DNA from: Solirubrobacterales bacterium
GTDB lineage: Bacteria; Actinomycetota; Thermoleophilia; Solirubrobacterales; Solirubrobacteraceae
NCBI GenBank assembly: GCA_026392255.1
Contig: JAPLCJ010000049.1
Coordinates: 6,921 to 70,920 of the forward strand
Direction of reading: 5' to 3'
DNA: 64,000 nt
The notes beneath the pieces were generated by a model. The model saw only the letters and a list, made by a program, of their open reading frames with translations, was not told where the DNA came from and did not search any database. Of this stretch, positions 1 to 7,658 are shown one piece after another (position 1 is the stretch's first letter; every line of letters begins with the position of its first letter). Position numbers and translations under genes: made by a program.

Positions 1-756
1 ACCCTCGTTGTCAATCAGATGGGCGTCCGTGCCTAGGTCGCGCGTTACATCGACGAGACGGTTTGAGTTGGAGGAGTTGGCTGAACCGATTACAAGGACT
101 AGGTCACACATTTTTGCGAGGGTCTTAACCGCAAGCTGCCGGTTGGTGGTCGCGTAGCAAATGTCATCGAGTTTCGGCGTCACAATTTGTGGAAAACGAG
201 CTTTAAGACGGTCAATGATCACTCCGGTTTCATCGACAGAAAGCGTCGTCTGAGTTACGAGAGCAAGCTTGTCATCTTGGGTCATGTCGAGCTTGTCAAC
301 ATCCTCCTCAGTCTCAACTAGGACGACCGATTCGGGTGCCTCACCCATCGTCCCCTCAACCTCCTCATGTCCCGCGTGGCCAACCAAAATAACGGTGTAG
401 CCGTCCTCTGCGAAGCGCTTCGCCTCAATATGAACCTTGGTCACCAGTGGACAGGTTGCGTCGATCGTCTGAAGGCCGCGGACCTTGGCATCCTCATGGA
501 CCGCTGGCGAAACGCCGTGTGCTGAGAACACGGTGACCGCGCCGACAGGAATCTCGTCTGAGAGTTCGTCCACGAAGATGGCGCCACTGGCCCGAAGCTG
601 CTCGACAACATGCTTGTTGTGGACGATCTCCTTACGGACATAGACCGGGGCTCCGTGTTCAGCTAGCGCCCTTTCAACCGTGACTACTGCCCGGTCAACT
701 CCCGCGCAGTATCCGCGCGGAGCAGCAAGCAGCAATGTTTTCGGAGTGCTGAGCAT
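1..756 (-). CDS. ispH: 4-hydroxy-3-methylbut-2-enyl diphosphate reductase IspH/LytB. The C-terminus runs off the left edge of the window.
   Basis: My own translation from the ATG at 756-754 reads [51 protein letters not shown]...[11 protein letters not shown]...[11 protein letters not shown]. PRGxCAGV and TCPLVTKVH are hallmark IspH motifs. The frame is open to position 1. It is absent from the ORF track because there is no stop in the window. Confidence 0.9.
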   Translation of the reverse strand, partial: MLSTPKTLLLAAPRGYCAGVDRAVVTVERALAEHGAPVYVRKEIVHNKHVVEQLRASGAIFVDELSDEIPVGAVTVFSAHGVSPAVHEDAKVRGLQTIDATCPLVTKVHIEAKRFAEDGYTVILVGHAGHEEVEGTMGEAPESVVLVETEEDVDKLDMTQDDKLALVTQTTLSVDETGVIIDRLKARFPQIVTPKLDDICYATTNRQLAVKTLAKMCDLVLVIGSANSSNSNRLVDVTRDLGTDAHLIDNEG

Positions 757-789
757 CAGATTCTGGAGTTTAGGGGCACGGGAGCCCTA

Positions 790-954
790 TTAGGGCTTTG
801 TCACGCCAGTTGGCGCTGCCTGAGTCGAACCGCCCCCACCCGAGCAGTTGAACGAGTCCGTCACAACAAGCCCGATGAACGCTCCACCAACGAGTAACTG
901 AACCAGCAGAACTACAACGAGCGCTTTTCCGCGCCCCTTTGCTGCCTCGCTCAA
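790..954 (-). CDS. Possible small membrane protein (54 aa) with a TTG start
   Basis: This is the track ORF 790-984 trimmed to the TTG at 954-952, which overlaps the TGA of the upstream acyl-CoA dehydrogenase as TTGA (951-954). It has one clear TM helix (ALVVVLLVQLLVGGAFIGLVV) followed by a Gly/Ser-rich tail. I recognise no homology. Confidence 0.35.
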   Translation of the reverse strand: MSEAAKGRGKALVVVLLVQLLVGGAFIGLVVTDSFNCSGGGGSTQAAPTGVTKP

Positions 955-2246
955 TCGTTCGCCGTTGCGGCCTCGAGCAGCCACGCAAACTTCTGGCGGG
1001 CAGCATCGCGCCGAGTTGGGATGTGCTCACTTGGAACCCCATCCTCGGGTGCCTCGTAACCGCGCAGGATTTGGCGCGATACAGAGGCGCGGTGCACCTC
1101 GTCGGGCCCATCGTAGAAACGTGCGGCCCTTGCGTAGCGGTACATCGCCTCAAGGGGAAGGTCGGTCGAGTAGCCGAGCGAGCCGTGGACTTGAAGTGCC
1201 CTGTCGATTACATCGTGCAGGCAGTTGGCGCCGAAGAACTTGATTAGTGAGATCTCCTTACGAGCGGCAGCAACACCCTCGGCGTCCATCTTCCACGCTG
1301 CGTGAAGAGTCATCAAGCGGGCTGCGTGGATCTGAGCGGCAGAGTCTGCGATCCAGTTCTGGACCGTTTCCTTCTCCGAAAGCAGCGAACCGTGCGAATA
1401 GCGGACAAGTGAACGCTCGCAGAGCATGTCGAATGCACGTTGGGCCTGGCCGAGCCAGCGCATGCAGTGGTGGATACGACCTGGGTAAAGGCGCTGCTGG
1501 CTAATTAGGAAGCCGCCGCCCTCAGGACCCAACAGGGCCTCTGGGCCGAGGCGAACGTCCTTGTAAAGGATCTCTGAATGCCCACCGAAGTGACCGAAGC
1601 GCTCCTCTGGGTGTTCCATAGTTGGAACATCACGAATGATCTCAAGGCCAGGTGTGTCAGTTGGAACGATGAACATCGACGCTCTCTGGTGAGGACGGGC
1701 CTCAGGATCACTGACTGCCATCACAATCAGGAAATCCGCAAGGGAACCGTTGGTGGTAAACCACTTGTGGCCGTTGAGGACCCAGCCGTCGCCGTCCTTG
1801 ACTGCCCGGGTGGTCAGGAGCGTTGGGTCCGAGCCGGCGCTGTTTGGCTCGGTCATGGAGAAGGCCGAGTGGATATCTCCGTTGAGAAGCGGGTACAGCC
1901 AGCGGTCCTTCTGCTCTGCAGTGCCGGCCAGCGCAATGATCTCTGAGTTGCCTGAATCAGGTGCTTGGTTACCGAAGGCAAAGGGAGCTAGTGGCGAGGT
2001 GCCGAGGATCTCATGCATCAGGCCGAGCTTCAGCTGCCCAAATCCTTGGCCGCCCATTTCCGGGTCCAGGTGAGCGGCCCAGAGGCCTCGCTCCTTGACT
2101 TGCTCCTGCAGCGGCTTGAAGAGCTCGTTGACCTGCTCGAGGCTTAAGTCGAGGGTTTCCATCGGCCAGATTTCCTCGCGGACAAAGCCGCGCATCCACT
2201 CGAGTTGCGCCTCGAATTCCGGTTCAGTGGAAAAGTCCCAAGCCAT
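951..2246 (-). CDS. Acyl-CoA dehydrogenase family protein
   Basis: The 447-aa track ORF has the typical ACAD layout (MAWDFSTEPEFEAQLEWMRGFVREEI..., ...GGHSEILY..., C-terminal helical domain ...YRYARAARFYDGPDEVH). The start is trimmed to MAWDF (ATG at 2246), which is how homologues begin as I recall them. Confidence 0.88.
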   Translation of the reverse strand: MAWDFSTEPEFEAQLEWMRGFVREEIWPMETLDLSLEQVNELFKPLQEQVKERGLWAAHLDPEMGGQGFGQLKLGLMHEILGTSPLAPFAFGNQAPDSGNSEIIALAGTAEQKDRWLYPLLNGDIHSAFSMTEPNSAGSDPTLLTTRAVKDGDGWVLNGHKWFTTNGSLADFLIVMAVSDPEARPHQRASMFIVPTDTPGLEIIRDVPTMEHPEERFGHFGGHSEILYKDVRLGPEALLGPEGGGFLISQQRLYPGRIHHCMRWLGQAQRAFDMLCERSLVRYSHGSLLSEKETVQNWIADSAAQIHAARLMTLHAAWKMDAEGVAAARKEISLIKFFGANCLHDVIDRALQVHGSLGYSTDLPLEAMYRYARAARFYDGPDEVHRASVSRQILRGYEAPEDGVPSEHIPTRRDAARQKFAWLLEAATAND

Positions 2247-2359
2247 TGAGTTCGCAACATTAGCCTTCCTTGCCGCCCAGTGCATTTCGCCCAATGCGGG
2301 TTAATCAAAGCCCCGGTAGCCTTATCCAAGTTGTCACCGACCCAGTTAAGGGTGAACGA

Positions 2360-4078
2360 ATGTCACAGCAGCATCTGGACCGACTTACTGCAGTTGACGC
2401 ATCTTTCCTAGCGCAGGAGGGATCCAACTCGCACATGCACATTGGTGCAGTGATTCTCGTCGAGGGGCAAGCCCCTCCATTTGAGGAGTTCATTGAGCAC
2501 ATCCAGGGCCGCCTTCATCTGGTTCCCCGTTACAGGCAGAAGCTCGCCTTCCCTCCCGGAGATAGCGGGCGGCCACTCTGGGTTGACGATCCGACCTTCA
2601 ACATCTCCTACCACGTGCGTCACACCGCACTCCCCCATCCGGGCAGTGAGGAGCAGCTCCTACAGCTTGCGTCACGGATTGCCTCCCAGCAGCTGGACCG
2701 AAGCAAGCCTCTGTGGGAGATGTGGATCATCGAAGGACTTGAGGACAATCGCTTCGCGCTGATTAACAAGACACACCACGCTCTAGTCGACGGCGTCTCC
2801 GGAGTTGACCTTGCCACCGTCCTTTTTGACCTTGAGAAGAACCCGCCTAAGCCGGGCATGACTATCGAGCCTTGGACCCCGCATCCTGAGCCGTCAGCAG
2901 CAGAACTGGTGGCTGCAGGCCTGCGTGATGCGGCCCGTGGAGTGTTCGGCCTCGCCAGCAGAGCCCTCCGCTACGCCCAACGTCCCGACAAGGCACTTGA
3001 GGAGGTACGCGAGGCCGTGGAGGGCGTCGGAGAGCTGGCATGGGCAGGCCTCAACCCCGCGCCACCAACACCTCTCAATGTTGAGATCGGCCCCCACCGG
3101 CGCCTAGCTGTAACGAGAGAGCAGCTTGAGGATTTCAAAACGGTCAAGAACGCTTTCGGCGGCACCGTTAACGACGTCGTACTCACAACTGTTTCGGGCG
3201 CCCTGCGGACTTGGCTCCATGCACGCGGCATTCGCACCGAAGGCCTTGAGCTGCGCGCCCTAGTCCCGGTTTCGATTCGCTCTAGCTCCGAGCAAGGCGA
3301 ACTCGGCAACCGGATTGCAGTGATGCGCGGTCCGCTCCCGGTCTACATCAAGGACCCGGTTGCCAGGCTGCGGTTTGTCAAGCAAGCAATGGACGGTCTG
3401 AAGGAGAGCAAACAGGCTGTGGGCGCTGAGGTCCTCGCTGGGGTTCAGCAGATGGCTCCACCGACCATCCTCGCTCAGGCATCCCGTGTCAACTTCTCAA
3501 CCCGGCTCTTCAACCTAATCGTGACCAACGTCCCAGGACCGCAGTTCCCGCTCTATGTCCTCGGCCACAAAATGGTCGGCCTCTATCCCATCGCATTCCT
3601 TCCGACAAACCACAGCCTTGCCGTGGCGATCATGTCCTACGACGGCGAGGTCAACTTCGGCCTGCTCGCCGACTACGACGCAATGCCTGATGTTGAGGAG
3701 ATCACCCAAGGCATCTCCGATTCACTTGCCGAGCTTGTGCGTTTGGCTAACAAGAAGGGCCCTGCCTCGAAGCGCAAGGCTCCCAAGGTGGATTCTAAGA
3801 AGGTTGTCAAGAAGAAGGCTGCCAAGGAAAAGAGTTCTAAAGCAGCCAAGAAGCCGGGCAAGAAGAAGTCTCCAAAGGCATCAGTAGCAACACCCGTTGC
3901 CCCACCAAAGCCAAAAGCTCCTAAGGCAAAGCCCGTTCCCGCGGCCAGCCCAATCGCAGAGGACGGCACTCACGCACCCAGCCTCGGACTTCCCTCCTCG
4001 GGAACCCCACGGATCACAACTGGTCCTGCCGCCGAGATGAGAGCCGCCCGACGGGCGCGTCGCACACGCTCTAAGTAG
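2360..4078 (+). CDS. Wax ester synthase/diacylglycerol acyltransferase (WS/DGAT) with a Lys/Ala/Pro-rich basic C-terminal tail
   Basis: It carries the HHxxxDG catalytic motif (NKTHHALVDGVSG) and an N-terminus typical of the family (LTAVDASFLAQE). The start is trimmed to MSQQHLDRL (ATG 2360, preceded by aaggg). The tail from about 3749 reads KKGPASKRKAPKVDSKKVVKKKAAKEKSSKAAKKPGKKKSPKA...PPKPKAPKAKP. Confidence 0.9.
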   Translation: MSQQHLDRLTAVDASFLAQEGSNSHMHIGAVILVEGQAPPFEEFIEHIQGRLHLVPRYRQKLAFPPGDSGRPLWVDDPTFNISYHVRHTALPHPGSEEQLLQLASRIASQQLDRSKPLWEMWIIEGLEDNRFALINKTHHALVDGVSGVDLATVLFDLEKNPPKPGMTIEPWTPHPEPSAAELVAAGLRDAARGVFGLASRALRYAQRPDKALEEVREAVEGVGELAWAGLNPAPPTPLNVEIGPHRRLAVTREQLEDFKTVKNAFGGTVNDVVLTTVSGALRTWLHARGIRTEGLELRALVPVSIRSSSEQGELGNRIAVMRGPLPVYIKDPVARLRFVKQAMDGLKESKQAVGAEVLAGVQQMAPPTILAQASRVNFSTRLFNLIVTNVPGPQFPLYVLGHKMVGLYPIAFLPTNHSLAVAIMSYDGEVNFGLLADYDAMPDVEEITQGISDSLAELVRLANKKGPASKRKAPKVDSKKVVKKKAAKEKSSKAAKKPGKKKSPKASVATPVAPPKPKAPKAKPVPAASPIAEDGTHAPSLGLPSSGTPRITTGPAAEMRAARRARRTRSK

Positions 4079-4084
4079 CGAGGA

Positions 4085-4381
4085 TCAGTACCCGAGGGCG
4101 AACTTCGCGTCTTCGCTCATCAGCTCAGGAGTCCACGGCGGGGTAAAGACCATCGTCGTGGTCACCTCATCTACTCCCGCCAGTTCGCCGACGAACTCCT
4201 TCATCTGCTCTGACACCTGCGGCCCAATTGGACAGGCCGGCGTCGTCAGTGTGAAGGTCACTTCAATCTTTGCCTCTTCAACGGCAACCCCGTAAACAAG
4301 GCCAAGCTCGACAAAGTCGAGCCCGAGCTCAGGGTCAATCACGTTGGTCAGGGCTTCATAAACTTGTTCTTCAGTTGGCAT
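4085..4381 (-). CDS. DUF59/MIP18-family Fe-S cluster assembly protein (SufT/PaaD-like)
   Basis: 98 aa. VYEALTNVIDPELGLDFVELGLVY...TLTTPACPIGP is the classical DUF59 signature with the conserved Cys. Confidence 0.85.
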   Translation of the reverse strand: MPTEEQVYEALTNVIDPELGLDFVELGLVYGVAVEEAKIEVTFTLTTPACPIGPQVSEQMKEFVGELAGVDEVTTTMVFTPPWTPELMSEDAKFALGY

Positions 4382-4452
4382 ACCGACGAGATTAGCGGGA
4401 TCTTCGACGGAGAGCAGTGGGTATCGGGTCCTTGAACCCCTAACCTCGAACC

Positions 4453-4965
4453 ATGCCCGTTCTAATCACCATCCTAATCGTCGTCCCGCTGGCCGAACTA
4501 TTCGTGATTATCCAAGTCGGCAGCCTGATCGGAGCCATCCCAACCATTGCCCTTCTCTTGCTGTTCTCCATCTCCGGCGGCTGGCTGGTGCGACGCGAGG
4601 GCCGGGCCGCCTGGTCCCGCCTCAATGTGGCCATCTCAGCCGGCAAGGTACCCGCTCGAGAGACCGCGGATGGGGTGTTGGTGGTCGTCGCGGGGGCGCT
4701 ACTCCTCACACCTGGCTTCCTCACGGATGCCTGCGGGATCCTGCTGCTCCTACCCGCCGTGCGAAAGGTTGTCCGCGTGTTCGGCCTGAGGCGCATTGTC
4801 GGGGGTGGCTGGCCCGGGTTCGTGGTTGTCGGAGCTTCTACCGCTGGCTCGGCTTGGTCAGGACGTAACTCTCACAAAGGAGAGAACACAGCTGTCCCTC
4901 CTCAGCGCAGCTATGACGTGGACGGGGTTGCGGTTGACGTCGACCCGCCAACACTCGACCGTTAA
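4453..4965 (+). CDS. fxsA: FxsA family membrane protein
   Basis: The N-terminal TM pair reads PLAELFVIIQVGSLIG...ISGGWLVRREG, followed by TPGFLTDACGILLLLPAVR. This is the typical FxsA pattern. Confidence 0.85.
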   Translation: MPVLITILIVVPLAELFVIIQVGSLIGAIPTIALLLLFSISGGWLVRREGRAAWSRLNVAISAGKVPARETADGVLVVVAGALLLTPGFLTDACGILLLLPAVRKVVRVFGLRRIVGGGWPGFVVVGASTAGSAWSGRNSHKGENTAVPPQRSYDVDGVAVDVDPPTLDR

Positions 4966-5093
4966 CCGGACCTTTTGGAAGGTTTTCTGGACTCTCTCTT
5001 TCTCACTGCTATCTTCGCCCAGTTGCCGCGTGCGGCGTCGAGGCCGGTGGAGGACTCGACACTCGCCGATAGCCGCGTGGAAAAGGACCCCCA

Positions 5094-5792
5094 ATGCCTC
5101 AACCGAATTTCAGGTCTGAAGAGGAGCTGTACGCATTCACCCCAGAGGTGTTAGCTCAGCTGTTCCTAACAGCGAGAAGGAAGGGCGACGTCGAGACGGC
5201 TGCCGCCTCGGCCAAGGCAATGGCTTGGCAGATGCGCGGGCAACTGATCCGTCATGCCAAAAACCACACCGGGGCTGATGCGGATCCAGAGCTGATCGCC
5301 GACCAGACGATCAGCCGGGCTCTTCGGGGTGCAATGAAGATGGCGCAGACATTCAACGGAGATGCGCCCGGCCAAGTCTTTGAGTACATGATGACAATCC
5401 AACGCCGGGTCATTGCAGACCACATGAGGCGCGTAAAGGGCCGCGAAAGCATTGTCAGGATCGAATCGCTCCAGTCTGGGCCTGATGATCAGCACGGGCC
5501 AGACGGACGAGAGATTGCCGTCACCGACGATGATTTGATCGCCGTCCACATTGATGATCTAACTGACCAAGTGATGTCAGGTTTTCGCGCATCGCACCGA
5601 CAGATCATTCACATGCGACACATCATTGGCTATTCGTCAAAGGAGACCTCGGATGCCACAGGAGCAACCGTGAGCAATGTCGACAAGGTAATGGAGCGGT
5701 TCCGTAAAGCACTAGGAACGGCTTACCTAGAGGCCGACACAATCCCCGTAGACGACTCTGCCTCAGGGCATAATGGGAGTCACTCCAAATGA
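5094..5792 (+). CDS. Divergent sigma-70/ECF-like protein (region-2-like and region-4 HTH-like segments)
   Basis: 232 aa. The segment ELIADQTISRALRGAMKMAQTFNGDAPGQVFEYMMTIQRRVIADHMRR resembles ECF region 2. The segment HRQIIHMRHIIGYSSKETSDATGATVSNVDKVMERFRKAL resembles a region 4 HTH. There is a good SD (aaaaggaccccca before the ATG). This is a by-eye assignment only. Confidence 0.6.
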   Translation: MPQPNFRSEEELYAFTPEVLAQLFLTARRKGDVETAAASAKAMAWQMRGQLIRHAKNHTGADADPELIADQTISRALRGAMKMAQTFNGDAPGQVFEYMMTIQRRVIADHMRRVKGRESIVRIESLQSGPDDQHGPDGREIAVTDDDLIAVHIDDLTDQVMSGFRASHRQIIHMRHIIGYSSKETSDATGATVSNVDKVMERFRKALGTAYLEADTIPVDDSASGHNGSHSK

Positions 5793-6430
5793 CCACCGTT
5801 GACGACCGATTCGACCAGTACTCAAGCGCCGCCCGTGCGGGCGAGGGGATTGAGCTCGCTCCCCTCTTGGAGGGACTCGGTCAGGTTGAGAGGGCCGAGT
5901 TGACAGCCAGAGCACGCCGCTTCGACGCTTGGAACGAAGAGGCATCGGAATATCGCAATGCCCTCAAGACCAGCCCGGAGCTAGAGCGCCTAGGCCGTTC
6001 CGCCGCAGGCGTCTCGGGCGTATGGCCGTCCCTTCTTCCTCAGTTGCGCAAGGAGGCGGGCGTGGACAGGACCCAGCTGGCACAGCAGCTGTACGACCAG
6101 CTAGGGCCAGCAGAAGACGCTGAGAAGGTAGGCAATTACTACCACCAGATGGAGTGGGGAACTCTTCCTGCCAGCGGTGTGAGTCGGGAAGTTATTGAAG
6201 CCTTGGCAAACATCCTTGACACAGACCCAGACCAGCTTCAAGCATCCGGCACCGCAGGCGCCCAAGAATGGGAGCGCAAGCTCAGGAAGGCACAAACCGG
6301 TCGCCTGCCCAAGAGAGTGTTTGCACGCCTTGTCGGCGAATCCAAGCCGCTCTCCATCAACGACGAGGAATTCTCCCCTCCCAGGCCTGCGGATTGGGAC
6401 GAGACCGACAGGCTCTTCCTCGGCGGATGA
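5789..6430 (+). CDS. XRE-type helix-turn-helix protein
   Basis: 213 aa. The central segment LRKEAGVDRTQLAQQLYDQL...VGNYYHQMEWGTLPASGVSREVIEALANILDTDPDQL has the XRE/Cro-C1 HTH pattern. Its ATG overlaps the upstream stop as ATGA (5789-5792). Confidence 0.55.
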   Translation: MTTVDDRFDQYSSAARAGEGIELAPLLEGLGQVERAELTARARRFDAWNEEASEYRNALKTSPELERLGRSAAGVSGVWPSLLPQLRKEAGVDRTQLAQQLYDQLGPAEDAEKVGNYYHQMEWGTLPASGVSREVIEALANILDTDPDQLQASGTAGAQEWERKLRKAQTGRLPKRVFARLVGESKPLSINDEEFSPPRPADWDETDRLFLGG

Positions 6431-7077
6431 TTAGCCGCAGTTTCGCCGATCCAGCTGGCGGCCCGGCAGTACTGACTGATCGCCACGGAGCTGACGTTGC
6501 AGCGATGGAGGCCCGCGCCATTGCCGTTCTGGATGCGGTTCCTGACACAGCATGGGACGGCCGCCCACCCGTGCCGATCGAGTGGATTGCCACCGAGATG
6601 TTTGACCTCCACATCAAGGACCACGCTGACCTAGAGGGCCTGACTGGAGTGAAACTGCCTGAGGGAAAGTCCCTTTCAGGACTGTTGCTGCCAGATCAGG
6701 GAGTGATCCTCGTCAACGCTGACGAGGTGGCCAAGTGGCCAAACCGGCGACGCTTCACCATTGCCCACGAACTGGGGCATTGGGTCATGCACCGAGACAA
6801 CATGAGCTACCTACGATCGCGTTCCGCAGCGCCCGCGGCTCCCCAGATCACCACAGAGGGGCCGCCCTCATCACTCCTGCGACTTCCCATTGCCGAGGCG
6901 GAGGCCAATGCGTTTGCCGCCGCCTTACTCCTCCCCGCCAGTCTCCTGCGCTCCGCTGCAGACGCCTGTGCCTGCGACTCCAAGGTGCTGGTCGATGCTT
7001 TTGCCAGCACCTACGGGGCAATGCAGAGGCGCTTGGTTACCTTGGGCTACGAGCTAAAAGAACAGATGGCCAACTGA
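6427..7077 (+). CDS. ImmA/IrrE family (COG2856, M78) zinc metalloprotease
   Basis: It has the HEXXH motif FTIAHELGHWVMH (about 6766-6780) and the downstream EANAFAAALLLP motif typical of ImmA/IrrE. The track ORF 6268-7077 is trimmed to the ATG at 6427, which overlaps the upstream stop as ATGA (6427-6430). Confidence 0.85.
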   Translation: MISRSFADPAGGPAVLTDRHGADVAAMEARAIAVLDAVPDTAWDGRPPVPIEWIATEMFDLHIKDHADLEGLTGVKLPEGKSLSGLLLPDQGVILVNADEVAKWPNRRRFTIAHELGHWVMHRDNMSYLRSRSAAPAAPQITTEGPPSSLLRLPIAEAEANAFAAALLLPASLLRSAADACACDSKVLVDAFASTYGAMQRRLVTLGYELKEQMAN

Positions 7078-7085
7078 CCGAATGG

Positions 7086-7541
7086 TCAGTTGTTGGACCC
7101 AAGGCGGTCCCAGCAGTACAACCCAACGCACTCCTCTGCAAGCTCTCGACACCGAGCATCTGAAAGCCATGGCAGGACGGTCTCAAACCATTGCTCTTCG
7201 CCGACTCCTTGGTCGAAAGCATCCTCGCCCCGCATTTCGGCGGCAAGGCGAAGCGCCTCACGCTTGTTCTCACCGAGACTGGCGAATACGCCCGTAAGGA
7301 AATCTCGGTTGGCAACTGGCTGACCAACTTCGAGCGACGCGTGCCAAGCGGCGAGCATCGACAGGTCCTCTTCGTCGAGGTCATTGACGGCCTTGGCATA
7401 GTGAGTGGAGAGCTCGCCTTCAGGGATTTCATCAACCCAAGCGCGCACGATCTCGCCAAGCAGCTGCCGGCGTGCTTCACGCCCGACTGAGTCGGCGATA
7501 ACTCTGATGGCATTCTGTGGCTCGATGAAGCAGAGGGACAC
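7086..7541 (-). CDS. Hypothetical acidic protein
   Basis: This is the track ORF 7086-7595 with a protein-like composition and no motif I recognise. I prefer the GTG at 7541 as the start because it is preceded by GGAGAAACAA. It lies directly downstream of, and co-directional with, the 917-aa secreted protein gene. Confidence 0.5.
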   Translation of the reverse strand: MSLCFIEPQNAIRVIADSVGREARRQLLGEIVRAWVDEIPEGELSTHYAKAVNDLDEEDLSMLAAWHASLEVGQPVANRDFLTGVFASLGENKREALRLAAEMRGEDAFDQGVGEEQWFETVLPWLSDARCRELAEECVGLYCWDRLGSNN

Positions 7542-7658
7542 TTGTTTCTCCACTGAACTCGAAGGGCGGGCTGACCGTGGGGACCATACGCACACCCCCT
7601 GACGACAAGTGCGAAAATCAGCCCCGCGCCGCCGAGGGTGGTGATAGCGACATCTGAG

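Noticed and set aside
2270-2359. N-terminal extensions of track ORFs: 2270 (WS/DGAT), 6268 (ImmA), 32873 (PBP), 33067 (MarP-like), 41514 (hydrolase), 41708 (lysA), 52703 (PCD), 54160 (rhomboid), 56167 (epimerase), 11769 (ECF) and 39134/38106 (thrC/thrB).
   Set aside because: The extensions overlap neighbouring genes or divergent partners, look non-protein-like, and precede internal starts. Those internal starts have SD sequences or ATGA coupling and match where homologues begin.
5094-7595. The sigma/XRE/ImmA region as a prophage or ICE remnant
   Set aside because: No integrase, excisionase, replication, structural or conjugation genes are nearby. There are no flanking repeats or tRNA, and the neighbours are housekeeping-type genes. 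I kept it as a chromosomal regulatory module hypothesis instead.
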